Source: a virus (Duplodnaviria > Caudoviricetes). Taken from it: a stretch of DNA of 43,310 bases. Location: IMG/VR virus record IMGVR_UViG_3300009678_000027, positions 1 through 43,310 of that record. The stretch is one strand, 5' to 3'. Shown here in pieces: positions 19,027-28,643 of the stretch. Within the stretch, counting starts at the first letter, position 1. Every line of letters begins with the position of its first letter. The translations under genes and the position numbers were made by a program. A model generated the notes under the pieces. It saw only the letters and a program-made list of their open reading frames with translations. It did not search any database and was not told the DNA's origin.

Positions 19027-19556
19027 AGCTCATAAACTACCAGTACGTGAAAATAGAAACGGACATTTCGCAGAATGTTCCTGAGACTGAATTGGACAAT
19101 CCGATTAAACGTAGTCAGGAAATGTTAGAGATGGTCATAGGATCGACTTTGGTAGCTGAGTTGATAAGTCAGAACCCTACTACTTTAACTACGGCTAACG
19201 TCACACTGATGACTTATGTCAAACCTTTCTTAGCGTGGCAAGCCTATCAGTTCTGGTTACCAAAGGCGAATTTTAAAACGCATGCTTCAGGATTAAGGGT
19301 TCATGAGGAAGACAATTCACGGGCGGCAAGTGACGCGGAGATGGCGAACTTAATCCGTGACGCTAAGATGTGGTGCCAAACTAAGAAGGACAAAATGGTG
19401 AGTTTCTTAGATGCTAATTGTTCTACGTATCCACTATACAATTGTGCGAACTGTGGAGGCACAAGTAAGACCGGGACAGGATTTCATATTACGGCAGTAG
19501 GAAAACATAAACACGGATGTCAATGTGACATCTGTTGCGGACATGGACATTCATAA
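19023..19556 (+). CDS. Head-tail adaptor/connector with Cys/His-rich C-terminus
   Basis: Follows portal; YVKPFLAW, FLDAN..YPLY; tail CANC...HKHGCQCDICCGHGH. Confidence 0.65.
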   Translation: MKLINYQYVKIETDISQNVPETELDNPIKRSQEMLEMVIGSTLVAELISQNPTTLTTANVTLMTYVKPFLAWQAYQFWLPKANFKTHASGLRVHEEDNSRAASDAEMANLIRDAKMWCQTKKDKMVSFLDANCSTYPLYNCANCGGTSKTGTGFHITAVGKHKHGCQCDICCGHGHS

Positions 19557-19899
19557 TGAATTCATAGCGCAAGAAAAGGAGCTATTCTTTTATAGCGGGA
19601 AAAGTGTGCTTAATAAAAGACACGCCTTCTATGACATTAACGGGAATGAGTGGAATTTTTCGGCAGCTACAGGATATACTTTTAAGATTTGGGAAGAACG
19701 CGAAGGTGGTTATCAGGTTATTGATTGGACAAGTCCAACGAATTTAACATTGTCAGCTACGCACAGTCATGAGATTTTATTGAATGCGCCAGTTAGTGAC
19801 ACCTCAATTGAGAGAGGTAATTACTATTACGAGATCGAATATATAATATCAGGAGGTTACACTATACTTATTGGTTATGGACGTGCCTGTTTTATTTAA
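19543..19899 (+). CDS. Small beta-sandwich structural protein (BppU-like)
   Basis: GNYYYEIE, ILIGYG..F pattern. Confidence 0.5.
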   Translation: MDIHNEFIAQEKELFFYSGKSVLNKRHAFYDINGNEWNFSAATGYTFKIWEEREGGYQVIDWTSPTNLTLSATHSHEILLNAPVSDTSIERGNYYYEIEYIISGGYTILIGYGRACFI

Positions 19900-20029
19900 A
19901 CTTAATGATGGCCCTATAGACTTCACACTCAATGCTGAGACTGAAGAAAATATACCTGATAACGCCAGGCTTTTAGAGGATGGCGAACCTAGAATTTTAG
20001 AAAATGAAGACTTTAGAATATTAGAATAA
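19877..20029 (+). CDS. 50-aa protein ending RLLEDGEPRILENEDFRILE (not in ORF track)
   Basis: ATG 19877 to TAA 20029; shares C-terminal motif with 919..2715. Confidence 0.75.
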   Translation: MDVPVLFKLNDGPIDFTLNAETEENIPDNARLLEDGEPRILENEDFRILE

Positions 20030-20030
20030 T

Positions 20031-21281
20031 ATGGCATCAAAAAAGATTTCCGAATTACCGGCCTCCGGGGCTCTTACAGGTGTTGAGCTTGTTGAGGCTG
20101 TGCAGGGTGGTGTAAATGTTCAAACTACAACACAAGATATAGCTGATCTTGGTGGAGGCGGAGGTGGTGCTGTTGACTCTGTCAATAGTCAAACCGGAGT
20201 AGTAGTTCTGGACGCTGGAGATATTGGAGTAACTCCTACAGGAAACATAATATCTACAAACGTGCAAGCCGCAATCGCTGAACTGGATTCTGATATAGCT
20301 GCTGGACTAGCTGGATTAAAGTGGAAAGATCCGGTAAGGGTAGCCACAACGGTAGCTGGAACATTGGCGACAAGTTTTGAAAATGGCGATACTGTTGACG
20401 GGGTAGTATTAGCAACAGGGAACCGGATATTAATTAAAAATCAAGCGGACCAAACAGAAAACGGTATTCGTGTAGTAGCAGCTTCTGGCGCGCCAGCGAG
20501 GTCAACAGACGCAGACGCAGCCGTAGAACTTGAAGGCGCTGCGGTTTCAGTATTAGAAGGAACTACAAACGCAAATACTACATGGTTGCAAACTACAGAC
20601 TCAATAACATTAGGAGTTTCTAATATAGTATGGGGTCAATTTGGGTCAAGTGTTCCTGATGCTGACGAGACTACGAAAGGTATTGCTGAACGCGCTACCG
20701 ACGCTGAGGTAATAACAGGAAGCGACACTACAAGATTCGTTTCTCCTGCGAGTCTTCATGCTAAAGTGATTGGAGTTCAGGATCTATTCATACCGGCTGC
20801 AGCGATGTGGCCCCGCGTAACTTCTGGGTGTTCTGTATTGACTCAGTACGAAATAGCTACTTCTCTTTTTAATGTTCAAGGGTTGGAGTTTTCTGATACC
20901 ACGCAACAGTTCGCCCAAATGCAAATAGTCCTTCCTAGAAAATACAATAACAGCACAATAACGGCTGTAGTTTATTGGCGGCCTGTATCATCCAGTTCAG
21001 GAACTGTGCAATGGGGCATATCCGGGGGAGCTTATTCGAATGACGATGCTTTAACAGTGGCCCTGGGTACAGCACAAACTGTCGATGATACCTTTATAGC
21101 TACAGACGATCTACACGTAACTGACGCCACAAGCGCAATAACTTTAGCTGGCACCCCTGCAGACGCTGACTTTCTTGCAATTCAGATTTCAAGAAATCCG
21201 GCGAGCGATACGCTAGCGGTTAACGCAATATTATTAGGTATTTCATTAAGGGTAACGATAGATCAAGCAAAAGACGCTTAA
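20031..21281 (+). CDS. Fibre protein
   Basis: KKISELP N-terminus, VDSVNSQTGVVVL, WKDPVRVAT/RILIKNQ..ENGI domain, ADETTKGIAERAT fibre repeat. Confidence 0.8.
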   Translation: MASKKISELPASGALTGVELVEAVQGGVNVQTTTQDIADLGGGGGGAVDSVNSQTGVVVLDAGDIGVTPTGNIISTNVQAAIAELDSDIAAGLAGLKWKDPVRVATTVAGTLATSFENGDTVDGVVLATGNRILIKNQADQTENGIRVVAASGAPARSTDADAAVELEGAAVSVLEGTTNANTTWLQTTDSITLGVSNIVWGQFGSSVPDADETTKGIAERATDAEVITGSDTTRFVSPASLHAKVIGVQDLFIPAAAMWPRVTSGCSVLTQYEIATSLFNVQGLEFSDTTQQFAQMQIVLPRKYNNSTITAVVYWRPVSSSSGTVQWGISGGAYSNDDALTVALGTAQTVDDTFIATDDLHVTDATSAITLAGTPADADFLAIQISRNPASDTLAVNAILLGISLRVTIDQAKDA

Positions 21282-21282
21282 T

Positions 21283-23268
21283 ATGTTTCTAGCACAATCA
21301 GGAATATTAGGATTTACACACGGAGTAGCCAATACGCTACTTGTTCCGAATTTAACTATATCACGGTCAACAAGTATTTTCCCTTTTACACGGGTTGGCA
21401 ACGATTGGCAGGGAAGAAACAACCCTGTTGTTAATGCATTAGGGGAATGGGTTATGATCTGGACTGAAGGAGAAAATCATTCTGATGTTTCAAGTAATTG
21501 GCGGTGTAATATTGCTTTCTCTGATGACGAGGGTGCAACGTGGTCAGCTAATAATGAGTACTTGGATACAAGTGCTGTAACTGGTTTTCCATTAAGTCCG
21601 GTTCAGTCTCCAGCGACGGCTATTTCTGATTTTCAATTAATGAAATGTCCGAATAATGATTTAGTAATTATTGGTCAGGAACGAGGCGTAGCTACAGGCA
21701 CATGGAACGATACTAACGTAACACAAAGTCAATTCAGAAGCACTAACGACGGTAAAACATGGGCGTTTGAATTTGACTTTTGCGCGGCTATTGGTCAAAC
21801 AACTACGGCGCAAAAATCCAAGATCATGGGCAACTATGAAAATGTTGTTATCGGTTCAGATATTTATTTGTGCTTAAATGAAGTTGATTCTACCGGGCCA
21901 AAATACCGGATAGGTTGCTATAAGTCGAGTGATAATGCGGCTACATGGACAAAGATTTCACAGATCACCGAGTATGACGAACGCCCTTACGATTGGACTG
22001 AGGTGTCTTTGGTTTACTTAGGAAATTCAAGAATAGGCGCTTTGGCCTCGCAAAATGCTACTAATTTTAATACTGCTGAATATCGCGAATCGCCAGATAT
22101 GGGGCTAACTTGGGGCACTGTTACTGATATAACAGAAGCAATCGGATATACTGGAATTTGTCAACCTCGTACTTTTATCGCAGGTGATAAACTTGTTTTT
22201 GCCGGGAGGGATAATAAGAGATATTTCTACGAGCCTCTACAGTCATGGAATGATAGGAATACTTTTTGGACAACGCCATTAACAGATTTATTCAGCCTGA
22301 CAGAAACTAAGCGTTATTATTTAGATCCTTTTTATTCCGGAGCCTCTAAGGTCAATTTAGATCAAGGAGACTCTGGGTATATAAGGCTTTTCATAAAAGC
22401 TAATGGTAATTATTTATTTTTCGGGTATTACGGCACTGCAGCAGCGGCAACGATTTATAAGTATGAGGTAGGAAATACTGCTGTACCGGCGGTAGAACGT
22501 TACGCTAATAATCTTTTTCTACCTGAAACAATTACGAATCTTGGAATTAGGTTTCAATGTAATAGGGATAATATAATTGCGAGTCCTACTGCACCATCTA
22601 ACGGAGGGATAGCTATAGTGTCAAGGATTATAAATACACTGGAAACTTCAGACGTTTGGCTATTGCTAAGGGTTGATAGTTCTACCAACGAGTTTTTAAC
22701 CGATGGTGATGGTATAGGATGGTTACAATTGATAAACGGTAGTATCGTTACAAATACGGATTTGCCGAATCTTTTGTTTGATGCGTCCTTCTCTATTGCT
22801 TTTTGGTTAGATCCTGCTGACGGACAGCCAACAGCAGCACAGCAGATTGTATGGGCCAATTCAAACACTACAACTACATTAGCAGATGGTTTTTCTATAG
22901 TGCTTACAACGGCGGGGAAAATATTATGCAGATACTCGGAGAGTGGGACGCTAGTAACCGGTACAACTTTAAACGCTGTTTTTGCTAACGGTGCTGTTTC
23001 TCCAAAACATATAGCATGCACTTTGACAAGTGGAGACTTAATACGAATTTATGTTGATGGTGTTTTACAGACTTTAGACGGTGCTGCGCTTGGTGATATG
23101 TCTACTGTGACAATGGCAAGCTTTAGCAATACTAATCCTGTTTACATAGGACAACGTAGAACGGGGGCGTCTACATGGGATTCTCCTTTTGTTGGGTTGA
23201 TAAGAGAAATTATTATACAGCCGGTTGTGTGGACTGTAGACAATGTTGAAGATATAATGCTTAACTAA
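21283..23268 (+). CDS. Sialidase-like beta-propeller plus LamG domain; receptor-binding/depolymerase candidate
   Basis: Asp-boxes SDDEGATW, STNDGKTW, SSDNAATW, SPDMGLTW; C-terminal FSIAFW, HIACT, RIYVDG, YIG. Confidence 0.8.
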   Translation: MFLAQSGILGFTHGVANTLLVPNLTISRSTSIFPFTRVGNDWQGRNNPVVNALGEWVMIWTEGENHSDVSSNWRCNIAFSDDEGATWSANNEYLDTSAVTGFPLSPVQSPATAISDFQLMKCPNNDLVIIGQERGVATGTWNDTNVTQSQFRSTNDGKTWAFEFDFCAAIGQTTTAQKSKIMGNYENVVIGSDIYLCLNEVDSTGPKYRIGCYKSSDNAATWTKISQITEYDERPYDWTEVSLVYLGNSRIGALASQNATNFNTAEYRESPDMGLTWGTVTDITEAIGYTGICQPRTFIAGDKLVFAGRDNKRYFYEPLQSWNDRNTFWTTPLTDLFSLTETKRYYLDPFYSGASKVNLDQGDSGYIRLFIKANGNYLFFGYYGTAAAATIYKYEVGNTAVPAVERYANNLFLPETITNLGIRFQCNRDNIIASPTAPSNGGIAIVSRIINTLETSDVWLLLRVDSSTNEFLTDGDGIGWLQLINGSIVTNTDLPNLLFDASFSIAFWLDPADGQPTAAQQIVWANSNTTTTLADGFSIVLTTAGKILCRYSESGTLVTGTTLNAVFANGAVSPKHIACTLTSGDLIRIYVDGVLQTLDGAALGDMSTVTMASFSNTNPVYIGQRRTGASTWDSPFVGLIREIIIQPVVWTVDNVEDIMLN

Positions 23269-23888
23269 TGGCTTTCATAACGTGGCTTAATAAAATTGAT
23301 GGCTCAGATGCTGGAGATCCGCAGAAGAATGTTAACGCTGCGGATATGAACCAGATTAAGACCGCGGTTAATACTAACGCCAGCGACCTGGATACCGCTG
23401 AATCAATTTTATCGTCGCACGTAAGTAATACTACTAATCCACACGCTGTAACGAAGGCTCAGGTTGGGCTATCGAATGTTGACAACACCACCGACGTCGG
23501 AAAGCCGGTAAGTACAGCACAACAAACGGCACTTGATTTAAAAGCTAACTTAGCTTCACCTACTTTTACAGGCAATCCAGCAGCACCAACCCAAATCGCT
23601 TTTGACAATTCAACAAAATTGTCAACTACGGCCTACGTTGATGGCGCCGTAGTGGCGGCGATAATAGCTTTTATAGGTCGGATTGTTACGGGTGAATTGC
23701 CAACAGGAACTATTAATGGATCAAACTTAGTATTTACAATAGCAAATGCTGATCCTATCAGAGTGGCGGTTTATGCAGACGGGTTGAGAATAAATCCATC
23801 TTCCGGGTATTCAGTATCAGGAACAACGTTAACAATGGTAATTCCACCAGACAATTCATTACGTGTAGATTATATAAAAGCATCATGA
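23268..23888 (+). CDS. Fibre/adaptor protein
   Basis: NPHAVTKAQVGLSNVDNT..KPVSTAQQTALDLKANLASPTFTG fibre repeats; C-terminal GTINGSN..FT..VY.DGLR domain. Confidence 0.8.
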   Translation: MAFITWLNKIDGSDAGDPQKNVNAADMNQIKTAVNTNASDLDTAESILSSHVSNTTNPHAVTKAQVGLSNVDNTTDVGKPVSTAQQTALDLKANLASPTFTGNPAAPTQIAFDNSTKLSTTAYVDGAVVAAIIAFIGRIVTGELPTGTINGSNLVFTIANADPIRVAVYADGLRINPSSGYSVSGTTLTMVIPPDNSLRVDYIKAS

Positions 23889-26800
23889 AATATATCTTAA
23901 TTTTTCTTCTCGCTATTTCCTTTTCAACAAGCGCGCAACAAATAGGTACCAATCGTTTAAAAGATGGCGCTGTAACACAACCAAAATTAGCCGATGACGC
24001 ATTACGTCCTGTTGACAGCGGAGTTCTTTCTGACTATGAGCTAGTTTTTGGCACTGAGTATAGAAAGAAATACAGCTTAACGGTTAACGAAGACATTCCT
24101 TTAACACTTTCGGCATCAACGCAGACAGCAGATAGTTATATTTATATCTCTACTATACCGAACGGATCTAATGTCGTTACTTTTCCTTCGGATTGGTCAA
24201 TAGAAGACAATGAAGTGTTTGATCCAACCCAAACACAACGAATAGAACTGTACTATGACGGTAATAAGGTATATGTTGAAATATTCAACGCTGATCCTAT
24301 CGTAATTTCTGCGTTAACCACAGCAGAAGTTGTAGGTGGTACAGATGACATCACCTTAACATTTAATAATCCGGTCACTATAACTACTGCTGGTTGGTCG
24401 TTCACCGCATCAGGTGGGGCAGTTACTGCTTCAAGTATAGTTTCAGGAAGTGGGACAACTACGATAGTAATGGATCTTTCCAGAAATATTACCGCAGGTG
24501 AGGACATGACAATAAGTTACGATCCAGCTACAGGGGCAACAACTTCACTGACAGGAAATGAAATCGCAGTAATAAGCAATCAAATAGTTGAAACAGGCGA
24601 CGAAGATCTGCCTGTCAACGGTATAACTGTATGTGCATCTGGATGTGACTATACTACAGGACAGGCAGCGAGTAACGCAGCAACAGCCGGGCAGACCGTT
24701 CTATTCAGGACAGGAACATACAGGGAAACAATAGTAGCTAAAGCAGGTGTTATTTATCAAAACTATCCAGGAGAAACGGCGACGATTTCAGGGCTTGAGC
24801 TGGCTGGTGACGGCGGTTGGACTTCACACGACCTCACTAACGGAAGATCTATTTATAAAAAGACTATCTCTATAAATGGAGGGAATCTATTTATAGATAA
24901 CAACAATACAAATACCACACTGCATGCTATCCAGATCTTTAAAGATGGCGTGATGCAGCATTTAGCACGTTATCCTAATGCTGTAACGGTACCGGAACTA
25001 CTGGACCGTACAAAACTTAGGCAAAGAAATCAGGTAACGGCGGCTGGCGGTAGCTGGTCAGGAAGCCAAATAAACGATCCTGGGCATACATCGGCACTAA
25101 CTACAGGTAATTGGACAGGCGGTAAGATTTGGATTACAGGTTGGTACATCGCAAGAACTGGAAACATCACTGCACACTCTGGGAACACGATAACGTTCAC
25201 TAACGGTACAGGTAATGATAACGAAAGTTTAAAATTCCAACAATATTACTACTTAACAGGTAAAATTGGAGCTCTGGACGTAGCTAAAGAATGGCACTAT
25301 GAGAGCGGTATACTTTACTTCTGGCAAACTGGGGGTGGATCACCAACGGGAGTAGAATATAAGGCTAGGAATTGGGGGTTTGACGTCAGAGGGAAGGCAA
25401 ACGTCATCATTAAGGGGCTTACTTTTATCGGGTGTGATCCGATACAGGCAGATTTGAACTCTACGAATACGATGGTCGACGGCATCCGAGCCAGTTATAC
25501 AAATCACGCCTACCTTTTAACAGGCGGTGGCGACTTATACACTAACGCACGCAGAACAGGACTACAGATTATTGGGCCTGGAAGCACGCTTAAAAATTCA
25601 GAAATAATCTACGCAGCTTCTCAGGGTGTGTGGCTCGGTCAAAGTTGCATAATGAATAACAACAAGGTAACCTACATTAACTACGAAGGGAACTACGGGG
25701 CAGGAGTAAATTTTTGGAATCCAGGAACAGGAAATCAGCTCATAACCAGAAACGAGATAGCATTTTGCGGGCGATCAGCGGTAGATTTTAGCGAAGCAGA
25801 GAGCGAGTGGGAGCTAGGCACTCAGACTCACCTAAACATGGAAATAAGTTATAATGACATCCATGATAATTTAATGTTAAGCTCTGACGGTGGCCAGTTC
25901 TACGGATCGGTGCACACCGACATCACAGGATGCAACGTTCATCACAACTGGATCTATGACTGTAGGGGTGCCCTTACGCCTACGGCCGGCTTCACGGTAG
26001 GAGTCAATGCAGGATTTTACCTGGACCAAGCTTCGGGGCCGGTGACGTTCTGGAAAAATGTCCTCTGGAACAATTCAGGAACCGACTTTCACACTCAGCA
26101 GGTAGACTCTAAAAGAGATGCCGGTAAAAATTGGTTGATTGGAAATACTTTTTCCTCGCGTGTTGAAACGTGGAATAATCAAGTATCATACCTAACAGTC
26201 ATTACTACCCGGTTGGACTATCAAAGAAATAATATCTACATGGATAACGTGTGGATTAACTTTTTCGAAGCAGGTGAGGGGTCCGCACCTGGGGACGTGA
26301 ACAATTCTATCCGTCGGGCGACTAATCCGGTATTCGTTGGCGGTTCAAGTTTCCCCGTTACTTCACCCGTCGCTGATCCTGAAAGTTACTTTTCACTGCA
26401 GGCCGGTTCGCCTGGGGTAAATACAGGGACGGTAATAACCGGGCAAACGCCCTTTAATATCCCTGATCTTTCAGTATTTACAGCCGATGCGGTTGGAACT
26501 CCTGATAAGGGTGCATATGAGTTCGGTGCAACGGCGTGGGTTCCCGGGTATAACTCTGTAGCTCCTGACGACGATGTTTACATAGAAGATAATAACACGA
26601 CCTTTACTCAGTACACGACTACTCCAACAACGTTTAGTAATTCAGCTTTCCATGGAGGGACGGCAAGCTTTTTCGGTGCGGCTGACGGAACCATCACAAT
26701 AAGCATAAACGGAACAGCATTCGAATGGTATGCTGAAAAAAGTGCAAATCAGGGAATTATTGAAATACGTGTAGACGGTGTTCGGCAGGACTGCGACACC

Positions 26801-26989
26801 GGGACAGGAGGAACACAGGATTGCGATAATTACGCAGCTACTGCGACAAATAATTCAACGTTAATTTTCAGTAAAACAGGAATGAGTGCGGGGAGTCATG
26901 AAATAGAAATAGAAACAACTGGAACAAAGAACGCATCCTCCACTGACTTTCATGTTGTTCATGATGCAATTAAAATAACAGCGCAATGA
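23885..26989 (+). CDS. Signal-peptide protein with Ig/SwmB-like domain, parallel beta-helix (GH141/lyase-like) and C-terminal CBM-like domain
   Basis: MKYILIFLLAISFSTSA|QQ; DGAVTQPKLA; FRTGTYRETI, LARYPN, LDVAKEWHY, DGGQFY, GFYLD, PDKGAYEF. Confidence 0.75.
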   Translation: MKYILIFLLAISFSTSAQQIGTNRLKDGAVTQPKLADDALRPVDSGVLSDYELVFGTEYRKKYSLTVNEDIPLTLSASTQTADSYIYISTIPNGSNVVTFPSDWSIEDNEVFDPTQTQRIELYYDGNKVYVEIFNADPIVISALTTAEVVGGTDDITLTFNNPVTITTAGWSFTASGGAVTASSIVSGSGTTTIVMDLSRNITAGEDMTISYDPATGATTSLTGNEIAVISNQIVETGDEDLPVNGITVCASGCDYTTGQAASNAATAGQTVLFRTGTYRETIVAKAGVIYQNYPGETATISGLELAGDGGWTSHDLTNGRSIYKKTISINGGNLFIDNNNTNTTLHAIQIFKDGVMQHLARYPNAVTVPELLDRTKLRQRNQVTAAGGSWSGSQINDPGHTSALTTGNWTGGKIWITGWYIARTGNITAHSGNTITFTNGTGNDNESLKFQQYYYLTGKIGALDVAKEWHYESGILYFWQTGGGSPTGVEYKARNWGFDVRGKANVIIKGLTFIGCDPIQADLNSTNTMVDGIRASYTNHAYLLTGGGDLYTNARRTGLQIIGPGSTLKNSEIIYAASQGVWLGQSCIMNNNKVTYINYEGNYGAGVNFWNPGTGNQLITRNEIAFCGRSAVDFSEAESEWELGTQTHLNMEISYNDIHDNLMLSSDGGQFYGSVHTDITGCNVHHNWIYDCRGALTPTAGFTVGVNAGFYLDQASGPVTFWKNVLWNNSGTDFHTQQVDSKRDAGKNWLIGNTFSSRVETWNNQVSYLTVITTRLDYQRNNIYMDNVWINFFEAGEGSAPGDVNNSIRRATNPVFVGGSSFPVTSPVADPESYFSLQAGSPGVNTGTVITGQTPFNIPDLSVFTADAVGTPDKGAYEFGATAWVPGYNSVAPDDDVYIEDNNTTFTQYTTTPTTFSNSAFHGGTASFFGAADGTITISINGTAFEWYAEKSANQGIIEIRVDGVRQDCDTGTGGTQDCDNYAATATNNSTLIFSKTGMSAGSHEIEIETTGTKNASSTDFHVVHDAIKITAQ

Positions 26990-27276
26990 CAAAACTATTT
27001 GTAAAGCATTCATTTTGGAACCTTGTGATCCAAACCGGGCAAACTATTCTGGGCACTTCACAGTTAATTGTTTTTGCCAATGAGGACAGTGTGCAACGGG
27101 CTAATTATATCATGGCAGCTATCCAGGCATTGTTAGGAATAATATCGATATGGACTGCTGACAAGAATAAAAATAACGTGATTGACATAGCGGAGGATGA
27201 GGTGATAGTAAGCACCAATGGACCAGCGAGTGTAAGCATTAACACCGTAGATGATAAACCTAAAATTAATGAATAG
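26986..27276 (+). CDS. Holin-like membrane protein
   Basis: 96 aa, two hydrophobic segments, DKNKNNVID motif, after fibre genes. Confidence 0.4.
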   Translation: MTKLFVKHSFWNLVIQTGQTILGTSQLIVFANEDSVQRANYIMAAIQALLGIISIWTADKNKNNVIDIAEDEVIVSTNGPASVSINTVDDKPKINE

Positions 27277-27277
27277 A

Positions 27278-27335
27278 CTCTACCGTTTGGAGGATGAAAA
27301 CCGCCCTGGATCAGACGGGTTCGGGGCGTTTATTT
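27278..27335 (+). terminator. Terminator whose loop is complementary to an upstream 7-mer
   Basis: cgccctgga/ttcggggcg stem plus tttattt; loop CAGACGG vs CCGTTTG at 27283-27289. Confidence 0.65.
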
Positions 27336-27446
27336 ACCGCTTATGTAAAATTAAGACCGAATATAAGGGGTATTGGTGAAATGACTACTTGTAAAACAGA
27401 CCCTATATGAAAAACTTTATTTACATTATACGCAAACGTTTGAGGC

Positions 27447-27662
27447 ATGGAAGAAGTGACACTCATAATGCTTTTGGTTGTCCTGCTTATAATTGTATTG
27501 GGGTTAACTTGGGCGGTTGTAAAACTTGTGCGAGCTGTTGAAAAGAGTGCAAGTCGTATTGACGGCATAAATGATTATTTATTAACTCACTTCCTACTCA
27601 ATGAAAGAGAAAAAGAAACTAAAATTGGTCCCGGAGGATCCGGCGATTCAATCGGAGAATGA
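27447..27662 (+). CDS. Single-TM small protein
   Basis: N-terminal hydrophobic run. Confidence 0.55.
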   Translation: MEEVTLIMLLVVLLIIVLGLTWAVVKLVRAVEKSASRIDGINDYLLTHFLLNEREKETKIGPGGSGDSIGE

Positions 27663-27786
27663 ATCATATTTGAATTACACTCTGAGAAGATTATGTATGA
27701 AATTTTTCGTCAAGGATGGCGGCACTGTCAACATTCATATTGAGAATTTCATGTCTGGGATTCCTAAAGATCCTCCGCCATACTAA
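27601..27786 (+). CDS. Hypothetical small protein
   Basis: 61 aa; TAATG coupling to next gene; overlaps previous ORF. Confidence 0.45.
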   Translation: MKEKKKLKLVPEDPAIQSENESYLNYTLRRLCMKFFVKDGGTVNIHIENFMSGIPKDPPPY

Positions 27787-28229
27787 TGAAATACGGGGTA
27801 TACTTTCTAGCTATTTTAATCATTGGGCTATTCTTTGAACTTGCCGAGCCTATCGAAGAAGAGTATTTTCCAGGTTTAAGGGATCTTTTTTTGTTATCCT
27901 CCCATAGGATGCACGTTAGTAGTTTCGTCTATTACATTTGTGAACATTTAACCAATGCATTACTCGCGCTCACTGTTTACAAATTGCTTTCTGTTATCAT
28001 TCTTTTTTACAATACACAGGCGTTTAAACAAGCTCAATTTTTTACAGTGGTTTACGGATCTTTGGAAATTGCAGACGCCTTTGATTTCTGGATAACGGCT
28101 AATAGTACGTGGTCGGAGGTTGGAGGATGGCCTATAACTTTCAATACAATCAAAGTATTCGTTTTTGTTGTATTTTTATTACTGATTGGGATAAATGGAA
28201 TCATTAAGAGCAACACTGGCGCAGCTTGA
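27786..28229 (+). CDS. Multi-TM membrane protein
   Basis: About four hydrophobic segments. Confidence 0.65.
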   Translation: MKYGVYFLAILIIGLFFELAEPIEEEYFPGLRDLFLLSSHRMHVSSFVYYICEHLTNALLALTVYKLLSVIILFYNTQAFKQAQFFTVVYGSLEIADAFDFWITANSTWSEVGGWPITFNTIKVFVFVVFLLLIGINGIIKSNTGAA

Positions 28230-28449
28230 TCCAACCGAATTACCGCCAGCAATTCAATGGCTGGTTTATTTCGTTCTGTTGGCGGCTGCTGTGGCCCTGC
28301 TTAAACGATCGGTAGATAAGCTGGATAAAACCATTGAGAGACTAGACACGGCCGTAACGAGCATTACAGAGAAGCTGATACGGCATGACGAAAGGATTAA
28401 GAAGTTAGAGGAAGCTAAACCGAACGGAAACACTAAACGGCGATCATGA
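28195..28449 (+). CDS. TM plus coiled-coil protein (holin/XhlA-like)
   Basis: One TM then heptads ending RHDERIKKLEE. Confidence 0.55.
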   Translation: MESLRATLAQLDPTELPPAIQWLVYFVLLAAAVALLKRSVDKLDKTIERLDTAVTSITEKLIRHDERIKKLEEAKPNGNTKRRS

Positions 28450-28643
28450 AATATCCAACAGATTCAGAAGGCGACGTATGCGCAGGTGTTGAAGTAACCT
28501 ACAAGGGTGTAAAGTACACTACCGGGAACAGGTATCACAACATGGTTGAACTTTGGAAGGGTAACAAATTTATGTTTGTTGTTAAGTTCCTAAAGAATCA
28601 TACGTTTAGAAGGCTCAAACAGCACTGCACCGACAAACATTAA
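28446..28643 (+). CDS. Hypothetical small protein
   Basis: 65 aa, ATGA overlap. Confidence 0.5.
   Translation: MKYPTDSEGDVCAGVEVTYKGVKYTTGNRYHNMVELWKGNKFMFVVKFLKNHTFRRLKQHCTDKH

Noticed and set aside
19889-19901. TTTAAAC slippery site fusing 19543 ORF to 19877 ORF
   Set aside because: Heptamer is not phased for -1 slippage, the downstream ORF is in the +1 frame and has its own ATG
404-23952. Many short antisense ORFs in the track (e.g. 404..862, 8198..8488, 22554..23021)
   Set aside because: Shadows of well-supported plus-strand genes
27407-27541. 44-aa Cys-rich ORF (…CPAYNCIGVNLGGCKTCASC)
   Set aside because: Overlaps a Val/Leu-rich TM gene out of frame, which produces Cys codons as a by-product
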